A DNA stretch of 60,881 nucleotides from an archaeon (lineage in GTDB: Archaea; Methanobacteriota_B; Thermococci; Methanofastidiosales; NM3): NCBI GenBank assembly GCA_004212155.1, contig RXIG01000011.1:1-60881 (forward strand). The letters run 5' to 3'. The position numbers were made by a program, and so were the translations under genes. Below the pieces are notes generated by a model. It saw only the letters and a list, made by a program, of their open reading frames with translations, made no database searches and was not told the DNA's origin. The stretch's first letter is position 1, and each line of letters starts with the position of its first letter. Below are positions 48,746 through 60,124 of the stretch, piece after piece.

Positions 48746-49967
48746 GATCGCTCAGCTTGCCTGCGGACCGGAGTATAGCGGGATACAAAAAGAGATCGAA
48801 AAGGCGGCGCACATGGTGAACGCGCAAGTGATATTCCCGGATGTATCATACGAATATATAAAAGAGACCACAGATATCACCGGATTCGAGGCGCAATCAC
48901 CAGGCCTGCAGCTCATGTTCGCGCGAGCGCGAGCCCTTGTCGAGGGACTGGTCGAGGCTGATGCAGTATTCCTTGCAACGTGTTTTCGATGTGCAGAGGG
49001 CGCATTGCTCAAAAACGAGGTGCGACGTTACATCCAGAAAAACTCCAATCTGCCCGTCGTCATGTATTCGTTCACCGAGAACACCAAAAGCGATGAGCTT
49101 CTTACGCGCATGGAGGCACTCCAGACGATTGCGGAGCGAAAGCAGCTGCTTGGGAGAAAGCGGCAAGAGGGACTCACGCTTGGTCTCGATTCCGGCTCTG
49201 CCACCACGAAGGCTGTTATCATGCGGGACAACGAGGTCATAGGCACGGGATGGCATCCCACACAGGCCGTCATCAGGTCGGCCAACAAGGCAGTGGATGA
49301 CGCGCTCTCCGAGGCCGGTGTCACCATCAACGACCTCGAGGCCATTGGTACGACAGGATACGGCAGACACACGCTAGGGAAACACTTCAACGCCAATCTC
49401 ATCCAGGAGGAGCTCACGGTCAACTCCAAGGGGGCCGTCTGGACCGCCGATGTGCTCGAGGGTGAGGCGACCGTCATCGACATCGGTGGCATGGACAACA
49501 AGGTCATCACGATCAACAACGGCATACCCGACTCGTTCACGATGGGGGGCATATGCGCCGGTGCATCGGGACGATTCCTTGAGATCACTGCCAATCGAGT
49601 AGGTGTCGACATATCCGAGCTAAGCGAACTTTCCATGAAGGGCAACCCAAAAAACGTGCACATGGCATCGTATTGTATCATTTTCGGCATACAGGACCTT
49701 GTCACAGAGCTTGCTGCAGGCGTGTCAAGGGAGGATGTCGCGGCCGCTGCGTGCTATTCAGTTGCCGAACAGGTCTATGAGCAGCAACTACAGGAGGTCG
49801 ACATCCGCGAACCGCTCATACAGGTCGGTGGCACATCGCTCATACTGGGACTCAACAGAGCGTTTGAGGACATCCTGAAGATCAAGCCCATCGTTCCGAA
49901 ACACTCGCAGTTCATCGGGGCCATAGGTGGCGCGCTCCTCTCGTCCGCGTTCATAGGTGAAGAATGA
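48738..49967 (+). CDS. Methanogenesis marker protein 15 (ASKHA / CoA-activase-like ATPase)
   Basis: [48 protein letters not shown]. Confidence 0.93.
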   Translation: MIKIAQLACGPEYSGIQKEIEKAAHMVNAQVIFPDVSYEYIKETTDITGFEAQSPGLQLMFARARALVEGLVEADAVFLATCFRCAEGALLKNEVRRYIQKNSNLPVVMYSFTENTKSDELLTRMEALQTIAERKQLLGRKRQEGLTLGLDSGSATTKAVIMRDNEVIGTGWHPTQAVIRSANKAVDDALSEAGVTINDLEAIGTTGYGRHTLGKHFNANLIQEELTVNSKGAVWTADVLEGEATVIDIGGMDNKVITINNGIPDSFTMGGICAGASGRFLEITANRVGVDISELSELSMKGNPKNVHMASYCIIFGIQDLVTELAAGVSREDVAAAACYSVAEQVYEQQLQEVDIREPLIQVGGTSLILGLNRAFEDILKIKPIVPKHSQFIGAIGGALLSSAFIGEE

Positions 49968-50533
49968 TGGAAGTGGAAGTCCGAGGAGGCAAGGATGATG
50001 AGAACACCCAGATCAAGAAGCTTGCAGAGGAAACGCTCAAGAATCTGGGACTTGGAAAGAAACTGAAAATCATGCTCATAGAATCAGACATTGGTCTTCC
50101 CGCCTTCTACGTTGCATGTAAGTTCAAAAAAGATGTGCAACCGCTATCGCTTGGATCCCTTGCCACATTGCGCGAGTCGTCCAAGGGGGTCCGCATCAGC
50201 GTCACGCATGAACGGTATTACGACCAGATATACTCCACCCTACAGGAACGAGTAGGTAAGGAGAATGTTACCCAAGATGAACGAAACATCCTCTTTGTCT
50301 CCAATGCCCCGCCCGACCTCGACTCAATCACCATCTACGACTATACTGAAGAGGTGCGCGACAACATCATCGATGCGCTCTGGCACATACTGCCGGAGGG
50401 ATTCAGGGTGCGCAGATTCAAGCACCGCGAGGATGGGTTCATCGTCGTAGCCACCGACATACCGCCCATGACCGAGTTCACGAACAAGGTCGACGAGCTC
50501 GAGAAGGAGATTTGGGGTGAGGCGGATGTATAA
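49964..50533 (+). CDS. Methanogenesis marker protein 17
   Basis: ILPEGFRVR motif; size and position between markers 15 and 7. Confidence 0.75.
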   Translation: MMEVEVRGGKDDENTQIKKLAEETLKNLGLGKKLKIMLIESDIGLPAFYVACKFKKDVQPLSLGSLATLRESSKGVRISVTHERYYDQIYSTLQERVGKENVTQDERNILFVSNAPPDLDSITIYDYTEEVRDNIIDALWHILPEGFRVRRFKHREDGFIVVATDIPPMTEFTNKVDELEKEIWGEADV

Positions 50534-51434
50534 GATGTATGTCTTCAAGGGTGGCATCTACCGCCATGACGAGATGCTCGATAAGATACACGACCTGGGC
50601 GGGATCGTGATGCAAAAGACACCAATGCAGACAGAGATCGACATCGTTTTCGCCCTCCCCGGATATGACCTCTCAACGCTTACCGAACTGGCACACAAGA
50701 TCAAGGGCGAGATACACGAGATCCCGTTTGGCGATATGGAGATCGCCGTGGTCGCCCCATCGCTTTCACGCCACCACCTGCCCCACCCCGTCTGCGACAT
50801 AGCCGAGTTCCTCAGGCGCTACGGTGCAACGACAAACATCGTGGGACTTGCGCGGGGATATGGGAAAACGATATTCCAGATATCTGACAAGGAGCGGCGC
50901 ATGATCGCCGAACACGATGCCGCCATTTTCTCGTTTGGTGCCTTCGAGTCGTGCATTCTGGAAAAGGTAAAGGAGACAAGCTCCATCAAGGTCCCCCATA
51001 TCGTATGCGGCGGCCCTCGTGCGCTAGACACGGTTGAAAACTATGTTGGCAACGTGGGGCGCAAGTCGGCACGCATGCGCTCTGTCGAGGACATCGCAAC
51101 GCTCGAGGAGATCAAACGTATGCTCATGGACGAGACGGAGTCGCTCAGGGAGGAAATACAAAAGGACCCCCCACCCTATGCGCCAGCATATGTGAAGAAA
51201 AAGATCGAGGAACAGCTTGACATAAGGGGCACGCTCGGAGACAATCCTGTCGTGCTGCACCTTGATGGTGTGCGGGTGAAAAAACCGTATGACTCGTTCA
51301 ACGGACAGGTCCGCGGGGTGAAGATCGGCGATACGACCCTCGGGGACATCGCTGTGATCTCACGGTCGGACATGAACGATACGATCATTGTCAAACTGCT
51401 GCCAGAAAGCCAAACGGGAGGTGGCACACAATGA
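50526..51434 (+). CDS. Methanogenesis marker protein 7
   Basis: GGIYRHDE, APSLSRHHLPHPVCDIAEFLRR, GLARG, LDGVRVK. Confidence 0.9.
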   Translation: MYKMYVFKGGIYRHDEMLDKIHDLGGIVMQKTPMQTEIDIVFALPGYDLSTLTELAHKIKGEIHEIPFGDMEIAVVAPSLSRHHLPHPVCDIAEFLRRYGATTNIVGLARGYGKTIFQISDKERRMIAEHDAAIFSFGAFESCILEKVKETSSIKVPHIVCGGPRALDTVENYVGNVGRKSARMRSVEDIATLEEIKRMLMDETESLREEIQKDPPPYAPAYVKKKIEEQLDIRGTLGDNPVVLHLDGVRVKKPYDSFNGQVRGVKIGDTTLGDIAVISRSDMNDTIIVKLLPESQTGGGTQ

Positions 51435-52933
51435 AGGTGACCATTGACGGTAACGAGGTCGAAACGAACGGCAGGACGCTGCTGGAGCTTATCGAACGAA
51501 CACCAACAAAATCGCGCCCCATCATCATGGAACGCAGGACGACAAAGGAAGTTTCCGTGCATAACACGTATGTCATCACCACATCGAAGGGTGAGCTCAC
51601 CATGGAAGCATACGACAATCGATTCCACGAGTTCTTCGCATCCAACCTCGACAAGTTCGCAGGGCTCAAGGCCGTCTGGACTGACAAGAAGAGCGTCAAC
51701 TTCGGGACGCTTGCTCTTCCCTTCGAGATAACTCGCAAGCAGTTCACATACAATCGGTATGAGGTCCTTTTCGGATTTTCCGGATTCGAACGCGGCCAGG
51801 GCGTGCTCACGCTCTCTAAAGTCGGCTTCATCGGAAGAAACGGCATCGAGAAGTCCGCGTTTGGCCGCATCGTGAAGGGGCGCCACATCCTCGAAGCGCT
51901 CGAACCCAATGACGTCATCGAGTCCATCCATGAGAAACGAGAGCGTTCGGAGATGTATGACTACACGGTCGTCACGGGCGAGAACGTCGAACTCGAGGAT
52001 GGCGACACCATCATCACGAAGCTTGGCGTCGAGATGAACGATGCTGCCCCTGTGGGGAGCGAACACTTCCTCTTCCTGACGAACAACGGGTATCTTACCA
52101 TCAGGGAACGACTCGCTACCTACTGCAAGGACGATACACTAAAAGGGGTTGACATACCCTCCGAAACCATTGCAGCACGCTCGAGGGGTTCTCTGAGCGT
52201 TCGCACCTCTGGCAAGCAGGTGGGGAGCGTCTACCTCTATTTCAAAGATACCATAGAGGATGACGCCCATTCCGTGATAGGCCGTGTGGTCAGTGGCATA
52301 GAACTTGCCGAGCAGGCACACGTAGGACAGGAAGTGCGTGTCGAGACGACGACACCGCGGCTCAACACACTGGGCATGACGCAACGGGAAGCCGAACGAA
52401 TGCTGGCTTCCCAGGGCCTGAACCAGCAACGAACGGGCGAGAAGGATGATGATGCCATCGTCATCGAGCAGGACCCCGAGCTTACCGTAGAGGCACGAGG
52501 CAAGGGGGCCGTAGAGACGAGGGGTATCGACCCGGCATATGTGTTTACCGTGACCCTCTACGCCGAAGAGGCACCAGAGACCGTAGGATACTTCAAGACG
52601 GTCACCGGGCTCAAGACCCGTGCCCTAGGCAGGCTCGATGTGTTTTTCGCACACGAAGAGCTTGACATGATACTTTTCTCAGGCGACACCAAGCTCGCGG
52701 GATCGCTCCACCCGGAGCATATCCCCCAAGGCACGGTCCGTAGGGGCCAGATAGGCATTACGAACATGGCGTCCAGGCAGCGCGGTGTCATCGGAATACG
52801 GTTTGACGATAATGCGGAATATGGTCCCACTGGCGAAGATTTCGAACATACGAACCTTGTTGGAGAGATAGATGAAGTGGAAAGGCTCCGTTCACTCTCC
52901 GAGGGCGATAATGTATATTTCATACTGAAATAA
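51431..52933 (+). CDS. Methanogenesis marker protein 3
   Basis: TSKGE, R.RG...VRT.G...G.VY.Y, GITNM, GPTGEDFEHTNLVG. Confidence 0.88.
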   Translation: MKVTIDGNEVETNGRTLLELIERTPTKSRPIIMERRTTKEVSVHNTYVITTSKGELTMEAYDNRFHEFFASNLDKFAGLKAVWTDKKSVNFGTLALPFEITRKQFTYNRYEVLFGFSGFERGQGVLTLSKVGFIGRNGIEKSAFGRIVKGRHILEALEPNDVIESIHEKRERSEMYDYTVVTGENVELEDGDTIITKLGVEMNDAAPVGSEHFLFLTNNGYLTIRERLATYCKDDTLKGVDIPSETIAARSRGSLSVRTSGKQVGSVYLYFKDTIEDDAHSVIGRVVSGIELAEQAHVGQEVRVETTTPRLNTLGMTQREAERMLASQGLNQQRTGEKDDDAIVIEQDPELTVEARGKGAVETRGIDPAYVFTVTLYAEEAPETVGYFKTVTGLKTRALGRLDVFFAHEELDMILFSGDTKLAGSLHPEHIPQGTVRRGQIGITNMASRQRGVIGIRFDDNAEYGPTGEDFEHTNLVGEIDEVERLRSLSEGDNVYFILK

Positions 52934-53004
52934 CTTATTAATAACATAAGATATACAAAAATATAATCTAATATAGTACATTTTAGAGTCGTTCATAGTT
53001 TTTG

Positions 53005-53021
53005 GAAAAACTTTATAAATA
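53005..53021 (+). promoter_or_regulatory. BRE/TATA box of the mcr operon
   Basis: GAAAAACTTTATAAATA about 80-95 nt upstream of the mcrB ATG in an AT-rich intergenic region. Confidence 0.7.
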
Positions 53022-53100
53022 AACGATTGGTGTTAGTACTGTAGTCTTATGCAGAACTTTATCCACTGTATAGGGCGTAATGAATATAGGAGGGAAATTG

Positions 53101-54426
53101 ATGCCAAAGTATCAAGATAAGATAGATCTTTTTGACAACCGAGGAAACGTCATCGAATCCGATGTACCTTTGGAAGCTATCAGCCCTCTCCGAAACCCCG
53201 CAATCAAGAAGATTGTGTCGCTGGTTCAGAGGGCAGTGGCCATAGATCTAGAAGCTATCCAGAAATCCATGGCATCAGCTAAGTTCGGCAAAGCGTTCCA
53301 GATTCGTGGACGCGGCATAGACAAGCCACTTGTTGACGATGCTGAAGCTATAAAAGCACGGGTTTTTGACATTCTGCAGGTTGAAGAAGGAGACGACACG
53401 CGCGTCGAGATCATCTCTGATGGACGAAGGCTCCTCCTCGAGGTACCCTCGAGCCGTGCTCAAGCCGAATACTCAGCAGGTATCACTGCTGCAGCTGCCG
53501 CAATGACGCAAGCCATTGTCGATCAGTATGACATCCCCATGTATGATGTTGACATCGTCAAGGCAGCAGTATGGGGCTCATATCCACAGTCAGTAGACCT
53601 TGCAGGCGCAAACATCAAGACCATCCTCGATGTACCACAGAAAAACGAGGGTCTTGGCTATGCTCTGAGAAACATCATGGTCAATCACATTGTAGCTATC
53701 ACCGACAAGCGTGCACTTGAGGCAGCCGCACTCTCGGCAGTCTTCGAGCAGACCGCCATGTTCGAGATGGGTGATGCGCTTGGTGCGTTTGAGAGACAGC
53801 ATCTTCTTGGTCTGGCCATGGAAGGTCTTAACGCAAACAATCTCGTACTCGACATCGTGAAGGAGAACGGCAAGACAGGTACCGTCGGTTCCTGTATCGA
53901 GTCTCTCGTATCCCGAGCCATCGATGACAAGGTCATCCAGCCAGGTAAGACGCTCTCATCTGGTTACAAGCTCTACGACACGAAAGACACAGCCCTGTGG
54001 AATGCATATGCCGCCGCAGGCATGATGGCCGCAACGATGGTCAACTGTGGTGCCATGAGGGCAGCCCAGGCAGTGCCATCAACGATTCTCTACTACAACG
54101 ACCTCATCGAGCACGAGACAGGTCTGCCAGGTGTCGACTTTGGACGTGCACACGGTACGACCGTTGGTATGTCGTTCTTCAGCCACTCGATCTACGGTGG
54201 CGGTGGACCCGGTATCTTCAACGGTAACCACATCGTGACGCGACACTCGAAAGGCTATGTGATCCCCGCGATTGCAGCCGCAATGGCACTTGATGCAGGT
54301 ACACAGATGTTCTCACCTGAACTCACATCAGGCCTCTTTAAGGACGTGCTTTCTACAGTACCTGAGTTCAACCAACCCCTCAAGCACATCGCTGAGGCAG
54401 CGGTTGAGATTAAGGGAGGTCTTTAA
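53101..54426 (+). CDS. mcrB: Methyl-coenzyme M reductase beta subunit
   Basis: [53 protein letters not shown]. Confidence 0.98.
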   Translation: MPKYQDKIDLFDNRGNVIESDVPLEAISPLRNPAIKKIVSLVQRAVAIDLEAIQKSMASAKFGKAFQIRGRGIDKPLVDDAEAIKARVFDILQVEEGDDTRVEIISDGRRLLLEVPSSRAQAEYSAGITAAAAAMTQAIVDQYDIPMYDVDIVKAAVWGSYPQSVDLAGANIKTILDVPQKNEGLGYALRNIMVNHIVAITDKRALEAAALSAVFEQTAMFEMGDALGAFERQHLLGLAMEGLNANNLVLDIVKENGKTGTVGSCIESLVSRAIDDKVIQPGKTLSSGYKLYDTKDTALWNAYAAAGMMAATMVNCGAMRAAQAVPSTILYYNDLIEHETGLPGVDFGRAHGTTVGMSFFSHSIYGGGGPGIFNGNHIVTRHSKGYVIPAIAAAMALDAGTQMFSPELTSGLFKDVLSTVPEFNQPLKHIAEAAVEIKGGL

Positions 54427-54437
54427 GGGAGCTTTCT

Positions 54438-54761
54438 ATGTCTGATATCAATCCCGAAGTACAGATATTCCCGCTCAGGCTCGTTTCTGAGGACAGGGCA
54501 AAAGCGCTACTTGCCGATCTTAACACAATTGACAACGTAAAGAAAACAGAATACAAGGGCTTCTTATCCCAGGACAAGTCCGTCTTCAAGGTAGGATGGA
54601 TATGGGTAGAACTTGCAACAGAGGAAGAATCAGTTCTAGGCGAGATCAAAGACGTCTGCGATCGGCAACTACCGTTCGGGTATGATATCCAGCGTGGCCG
54701 TTTTACGAAGTATAGGGCCACAACTGCTGACTATCTCAGAGGCTCAGTTAAGGAGGAATGA
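54438..54761 (+). CDS. mcrD: MCR operon protein D (short)
   Basis: IFPLRL, VG.IWVE, LPFGY...GRF.K...T..DYL; between mcrB and mcrG. Confidence 0.9.
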   Translation: MSDINPEVQIFPLRLVSEDRAKALLADLNTIDNVKKTEYKGFLSQDKSVFKVGWIWVELATEEESVLGEIKDVCDRQLPFGYDIQRGRFTKYRATTADYLRGSVKEE

Positions 54762-54766
54762 GAATT

Positions 54767-55540
54767 ATGGTTTACAAAGCACAGTTTGTTCCCGGAGAAT
54801 CGATCGTCTCAAAGAACAGGAAAAAGTACATGGACCCCGAGTACAAGTTCAAAAAACTCAGGTCACTTTCCGATGAGGACCTCGTCCTCGTTCTTGGACA
54901 CCGAGCACCCGGAGAAGACTTCAAGAGCGTTCACCCGCCACTTGATGAAATGGGAGAACCTGACTGCATCATACGTGAGCTCGTAGAACCCACGGAGGGC
55001 GCAAAGGCAGGAGACAGGATCAGGTACGTACAGTTCACCGATTCAGTCTACTTCGCACCGATCACCCCCTACCAGCGTGCGTGGGCGTATCTGCACCGAT
55101 ACCGTGGTATCGACACCGGTACCCTTTCGGGAAGGCAGATCATCGAGGCTCGCGAGCGCGATGTGGAAAAGTATGCAAAAGAGCTTATCGAGTCAGAGAC
55201 CTTCGACCCGGCTCGAACAGGTATCCGTGGTAGGACCGTTCACGGTCACGCCGTCAGGCTTGATGAAAACGGCCTCATGTTCGATGCCATGCAGCGCTAC
55301 ATCTTCGACGCCGACAGCGGCGAGGTAAAGTACGTGAAGAACATGGGCGGAGAACCTATTGACAGACCCGTGTCTGTCGGAAAACCACTCCCCGATGAAG
55401 AGCTCGAGAAGATGACCACCATGTTCCGTGCAGACGGCGTATCCATCACCAAGGACCCAGAGGTCCTCGAGGTCGTTAATGCCGTGCACTGGGGCAGGAC
55501 CTTCGGTGGTTACAAGAGCGTTAACAGGGAGGGACAGTAA
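54767..55540 (+). CDS. mcrG: Methyl-coenzyme M reductase gamma subunit
   Basis: [44 protein letters not shown]. Confidence 0.98.
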   Translation: MVYKAQFVPGESIVSKNRKKYMDPEYKFKKLRSLSDEDLVLVLGHRAPGEDFKSVHPPLDEMGEPDCIIRELVEPTEGAKAGDRIRYVQFTDSVYFAPITPYQRAWAYLHRYRGIDTGTLSGRQIIEARERDVEKYAKELIESETFDPARTGIRGRTVHGHAVRLDENGLMFDAMQRYIFDADSGEVKYVKNMGGEPIDRPVSVGKPLPDEELEKMTTMFRADGVSITKDPEVLEVVNAVHWGRTFGGYKSVNREGQ

Positions 55541-57196
55541 ATGGTAGATAGTAGGAAACTTTACATCGACTCCATGAAGAAGAAGTTCCAGGAAAAGCCA
55601 GAGGACAAGAAGACGCAGTTCTACAACTACGGCACCTGGAAACAGTCAAAGTCAAAGTCAAAGTTCGTCGAGTCGTCAAAGAAAATATCGGCTGAGAGGG
55701 GCATTCCCGGCTACAATCCCGACGTGGGTCTTGCTCAGGGCCAGCGTTTGCTCATGCCTTACCAGCTCAGCCACACCGACTACATCGTCGACATGGACGA
55801 CATCCACTTCATGAACAACGCTGCGATGCAGCAGTTGTGGGATGATATCCGCAGGACCGTCATCGTCGGTATGGACATGGCACACAACATCCTCGAGAAG
55901 CGACTTGGTAAGGAAGTGACGCCCGAGACCATCAACCACTACATGGAGCTCATCAACCACACCATGCCCGGTGGTGCGGTCATCCAGGAGCACATGTGTG
56001 AGGTCAACCCAGAGCTTGCCACAGACTGCTACGTGAAGATTTTCACTGGCGATGATGAGCTCGCAGACCAGCTCGACAACCGCTTCCTCATCGACATCAA
56101 CAAGGAGTTCCCCGAGGACCAGGCACAACAGATCAAGGAGAATATCGGCAAGTCGACCTACCAGGTCGTGCGCGTCCCAACGCTCGTTGGCCGCGTCTGC
56201 GACGGTGGTACGATCTCCCGTTGGTCTGGTATGCAGATCGGTATGACGATGATGGGCGCCTATAACATGGCGGCCGGTGAGGCGGCAACAGCCGACTTTT
56301 CATATGCTGCAAAGCACGCATCGGTCATCAACATGGGTTCATTCATGCCTGCCCGAAGGGCACGTGCGAACAACGAGCCCGGAGGCATACCGTTTGGTGT
56401 AATGGCGGACTGTGTACAGTCATCACGTCTGTACCCCGACGACCCTGGTCGTCACACGCTTGAGGCGATCGCCGCCGGTGCGGTGGTCTACGACCAGATA
56501 TATCTCGGTTCGTACATGAGCGGTGGTGTCGGATTCACCCAGTATGCATCCGCGACCTACACCGACAACATCCTTGAGGACTTCATCTACTACGGTATCG
56601 ACTACATCAAGGACAAGTACGGCGACTTCTGCGCAGCACCGACGACAAAGGACGAGATCGAGAAGATCTCCACCGACATCGGCGTCTACTGTCTTGAGAC
56701 ATACGAGAAGTACCCCACCGTGATGGAGTCACACTTCGGTGGCAGCCAGCGCGCAGCATGCATCTCGGCAGCATCCGGATGCGCGACCGCCATGGCAACA
56801 GGCTCGGCCCAGGCAGGTAGCAATGCGTGGTACCACTCCATGATCCTCCACAAGGAGGAGATGGGCAGACTCGGCTTCTACGGCTACGACCTGCAGGACA
56901 TGTGTGGCTCGTCCAACACGTTCTCGTTCAGGTCGGACGAGGGTCTCCCGTTCGAGATGAGGGGTCCAAACTACCCCAACTACGCCATGAACGTCGGTCA
57001 CATGTCGGCATACACCGGTATCGCGACAGCTCCGCACGCCGCCCGCGGCGATGCATGGACGCTCTCGCCGATCATCAAGGTGGCTTTCGCCGACAAGCAC
57101 CTGAACTTCGACTTCGGGCATGTCACCGACTGCTACGGCAAGGGTTGCATGAAGGAATTCATGCCCGCCGGCGAGCGAGATGCGATCATACCGTAA
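55541..57196 (+). CDS. mcrA: Methyl-coenzyme M reductase alpha subunit
   Basis: [56 protein letters not shown]. Confidence 0.99.
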   Translation: MVDSRKLYIDSMKKKFQEKPEDKKTQFYNYGTWKQSKSKSKFVESSKKISAERGIPGYNPDVGLAQGQRLLMPYQLSHTDYIVDMDDIHFMNNAAMQQLWDDIRRTVIVGMDMAHNILEKRLGKEVTPETINHYMELINHTMPGGAVIQEHMCEVNPELATDCYVKIFTGDDELADQLDNRFLIDINKEFPEDQAQQIKENIGKSTYQVVRVPTLVGRVCDGGTISRWSGMQIGMTMMGAYNMAAGEAATADFSYAAKHASVINMGSFMPARRARANNEPGGIPFGVMADCVQSSRLYPDDPGRHTLEAIAAGAVVYDQIYLGSYMSGGVGFTQYASATYTDNILEDFIYYGIDYIKDKYGDFCAAPTTKDEIEKISTDIGVYCLETYEKYPTVMESHFGGSQRAACISAASGCATAMATGSAQAGSNAWYHSMILHKEEMGRLGFYGYDLQDMCGSSNTFSFRSDEGLPFEMRGPNYPNYAMNVGHMSAYTGIATAPHAARGDAWTLSPIIKVAFADKHLNFDFGHVTDCYGKGCMKEFMPAGERDAIIP

Positions 57197-57203
57197 TCTT
57201 GCA

Positions 57204-57241
57204 TCTCTTTTTTTTCTTTCCCTTTTTCTTTCCCATTTTCT
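57204..57241 (+). terminator. Oligo-T archaeal terminator of the mcr operon
   Basis: TCTCTTTTTTTTCTTTCCCTTTTTCTTTCCCATTTTCT just after the mcrA stop. Confidence 0.75.
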
Positions 57242-57245
57242 GGAC

Positions 57246-57265
57246 CGGCGTTGGTACAAAACTAA
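57246..57265. repeat. 20-bp direct repeat, copy 1 (CGGCGTTGGTACAAAACTAA), probable IS-end remnant
   Basis: 19/20 identical to 60590-60609, which overlaps the transposase stop. Confidence 0.7.
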
Positions 57266-57591
57266 TCCCGATCTTTCCGTTCCAAGCGCAGACTGAGGAT
57301 TATGCCCGCAAAGTATAGTCATTAGAAACGTGATCCTCGAGAGCAAGGGCCCGTACAGGAATTAGATGAACTACTATGCAAAGAGCTACCATACGGGCAG
57401 GAAGTATGGCGACATGAAAGCTGTCGCCAAAAAGAATAGATACATTTTTATATCCCCCTATAAATCCCAATAGTTATTTTTTTTCTATTACTTTTTTGGT
57501 TGGGGGGCTGCAAATCATCACATAATACATAACCTTTCGGGCTTTTCAGGCATATGATGCATCTGCCCTCATCAGTTCCATTGCCCGCATT

Positions 57592-57717
57592 CTAAGATTT
57601 ATTATCATTTTCTTCTTTTACTTCTTCTATCTCGAAATTGCAGCCACATGACTTTTCTTTGGACCTCTTTTTTTCGGTCAAACGCCCGATAATGCTTTTC
57701 TTGTTCTCGTTTCCCAT
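57592..57717 (-). CDS. 41-aa basic peptide with CxC motif (MGNENKKSIIGRLTEKKRSKEKSCGCNFEIEEVKKKMIIKS)
   Basis: Hand-translated; strong SD AAGGAGGTGA; directly downstream of the permease. Confidence 0.6.
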   Translation of the reverse strand: MGNENKKSIIGRLTEKKRSKEKSCGCNFEIEEVKEENDNKS

Positions 57718-57751
57718 TATGGTCACCTCCTTTATTCCATAAAATCCATAC

Positions 57752-58648
57752 TTAGATAATATAGTTAAAGAAATATCCTGCTATGACAGCAGTAGAGAAG
57801 ATAACTGTTACAATGGCCACCATCAATTTCTTCTTGAATATCTTCGATAGCATGCTCATCTCAGGGATGGCCATACCAGCACCACCGATGATTAACGCTA
57901 CCACAGCACCGATGCTCATACCCTTCTGCATCAGCGAGATGCCTATGGGTATGGCAGTCTCCGCCCTGATGTAGAGGGGGATCCCAATTGCAGCTGCGAA
58001 GGGGATAGCTAATTTATTAGTTGGACCGGCATACTGTAACACAATCTCCTCCGGCATAAATCCATAGATACTTGCACCCACCCCAACTCCGACGAGAAGG
58101 TAGCCCAGGATGCCCCTATAATCATTCAAAGCGATAGTGAATGAACGTAATAATACCTCCTTCCTTCCCGTGGACGGTGCATCCTTACCATCGACATAAC
58201 ATCCATTCTTGAGCCTGACGTTCTTTACCTGCGACATCGCCCCCGTCTTTTCCAACATCTCCCCAAAAATGATTGAACCTGTAAATACTATGATAAAATA
58301 TGCCACGCATACCCGAAGACCCATCAAAGCCACCAGCATTCCCAAAATAATGGGATTAAGCAGGGGCGAAGCTATTAAAAAAGACATGACTGCACCAATT
58401 GATATGCCAGCTTGCAGAAATCCAATCGTCAAGGGGATGGTAGAACATGCACAAAAGGGCGTTAAAGCCCCAAATAGAGCTCCGATAACATTACCAAATA
58501 TCCCTTTGTCCGCCATAAAGCCCCTGATTTTCTCATCTGGCGCATATGCTAATATGAACGCTACCATTGTGCTGATTACAATAAATAGTATCGTAAGTTC
58601 AGTGGTTATAGTAACAAAAAATCGTATTGTGTCGCCCAAAGAATTCAT
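57752..58648 (-). CDS. ArsP/DUF318-family permease
   Basis: GALTPFCACSTIP, FLIASPLLNP, GIPLY, GAGMAIPE; multiple TM helices. Confidence 0.88.
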   Translation of the reverse strand: MNSLGDTIRFFVTITTELTILFIVISTMVAFILAYAPDEKIRGFMADKGIFGNVIGALFGALTPFCACSTIPLTIGFLQAGISIGAVMSFLIASPLLNPIILGMLVALMGLRVCVAYFIIVFTGSIIFGEMLEKTGAMSQVKNVRLKNGCYVDGKDAPSTGRKEVLLRSFTIALNDYRGILGYLLVGVGVGASIYGFMPEEIVLQYAGPTNKLAIPFAAAIGIPLYIRAETAIPIGISLMQKGMSIGAVVALIIGGAGMAIPEMSMLSKIFKKKLMVAIVTVIFSTAVIAGYFFNYII

Positions 58649-58663
58649 GGATATGTCCCCCTG

Positions 58664-59122
58664 TTATTTGCGGATACTTCCCAGTCCTTGTTGGCGCAAT
58701 GCCGACACAAGAGCGTTAAGCGTGTTATTTATGTTTGAAAGTGTTTGAAGTTCCTTGTCTTTCAAGGATTCTCCAAGGAAAGATGCATATCGATTATTTA
58801 TTTCCTCAACAGTAAATTTTCCTTTTTCTGTTAGTTCAATACAGCAGATCCTGCCGTCCTTGTGGGAATGCCTGCGGACAGCGTAGCCCTTCGTTTCAAG
58901 ACGGTCGATAATGCGTGTCGCCCCGCTTTTGGTGACGTTCAATGCATCCTTTAGGAGCTTAATGGGGGGATTAGTCTCTTGGGATATTTTCCTTAATGCC
59001 CTATACTCAACAAAAGAAATATCGCCACAACACTCGCCGTTGATATCCTGACATCCAAAGTACCAAGTAAGCTCATGTAAAGATTCATAGATGTCGCACA
59101 AATATCGTTTCATAAATATCAT
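58664..59122 (-). CDS. MarR-family regulator with vicinal Cys pairs
   Basis: wHTH 'TKSGATRIIDRLE.KGY..R...DGR...LTEKG'; ECC and ICC motifs. Confidence 0.88.
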   Translation of the reverse strand: MIFMKRYLCDIYESLHELTWYFGCQDINGECCGDISFVEYRALRKISQETNPPIKLLKDALNVTKSGATRIIDRLETKGYAVRRHSHKDGRICCIELTEKGKFTVEEINNRYASFLGESLKDKELQTLSNINNTLNALVSALRQQGLGSIRK

Positions 59123-59127
59123 CTCAA

Positions 59128-59150
59128 TATAGTTGATTAAATCAACTATA
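59128..59150. promoter_or_regulatory. Probable MarR operator TATAGTTGATT-A-AATCAACTATA
   Basis: Perfect 11-bp inverted repeat between a minus-strand TATA (TTTATATA, 59159-59152) and the marR start. Confidence 0.75.
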
Positions 59151-59806
59151 ATATATAAATATATCGTATCCTGACCTTAACAGTTTGCTAGTAAAAGATG
59201 TGTCCTTGCATTGTTTATAGGTAAAGTAAACACAAAACAAGGAGACTTTTACTTACGCCAAATGACAATAGGGATTACGATTAAGTAGCTTTTCTCTTTT
59301 ATCCTTGCCATAATCAGGTGTTTTCTAATCTCTTATCATTTGCATTCAATATGTTCCATTGGGAGAAAAATTAAGATCAATTCAGTGCAACAATTAATAT
59401 TCTTTTAGAGCAAAATAATTTACATGCCAATCATCATCTAAAGAACGGAAGGAACGCCAAAAAGGTTGAGAGGACAGTCATAGAAAAGATGTAATCAATA
59501 ACTGGTCGAAAACAAAAATTCATAACAAATCAGCCATTATTAAGACCGAAAATAAGAAAAGAAAATAGGAGGGGTTTTATTTATGGTTCATTTTCGAAAG
59601 AACATTTAGGACGAGAAAACGATTCACACGTTACATATAAATATTTGATTATATTTGTATTATATTAAGGTCATATTCAAAAATTCACAAAATAATCTTA
59701 GTAGGATAAAACAATTATCAGAGATTTTCAATATATGCCATATGATAGAAACTGGATGAGGATAACGGACGGTGGCATATACCCCACGTAAGTAAAGAAA
59801 CGTTTG

Positions 59807-59974
59807 CTATTTATCCTCTTTCTTCGACTCTTCGATGTGGTCCAATCCGCGCTCTACAAGATAGCGTATGAGCGATGACCTAGACCGAAAGTCCTTTCCT
59901 TCCCCGCATAGCTTGTCCATCCGCCGGATGGTGTATGGGTCGAGATCTATCGTGATCCTGTTCCTTTCAGCCAT
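59807..59974 (-). CDS. Ribbon-helix-helix (CopG-like) DNA-binding protein
   Basis: RITIDL beta-strand, then helix, then 'FRSRSSLIRYLV'. Confidence 0.7.
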   Translation of the reverse strand: MAERNRITIDLDPYTIRRMDKLCGEGKDFRSRSSLIRYLVERGLDHIEESKKEDK

Positions 59975-60124
59975 ATAATCAGGACTACATGGCACCGTAG
60001 GATTATAAAATTATTCTTTATACATCCTATTGTCTTAATTATGGATGCAAACATTTATATAGTATCCCGATATAATGTCTATCAACATCCAATAGTCATT
60101 ATATAGGATGTATTAGGTGGAGAT

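Noticed and set aside
55541-57196. McrA as an alkane-activating alkyl-CoM reductase
   Set aside because: Normal length without large insertions; GFTQY, GGSQR, GFYGYD and NYAMN are retained
57367-57474. 35-aa ORF and hairpin TGGCGACA-N7-TGTCGCCA after mcrA
   Set aside because: No SD or recognisable motif; probably debris of the mobile region
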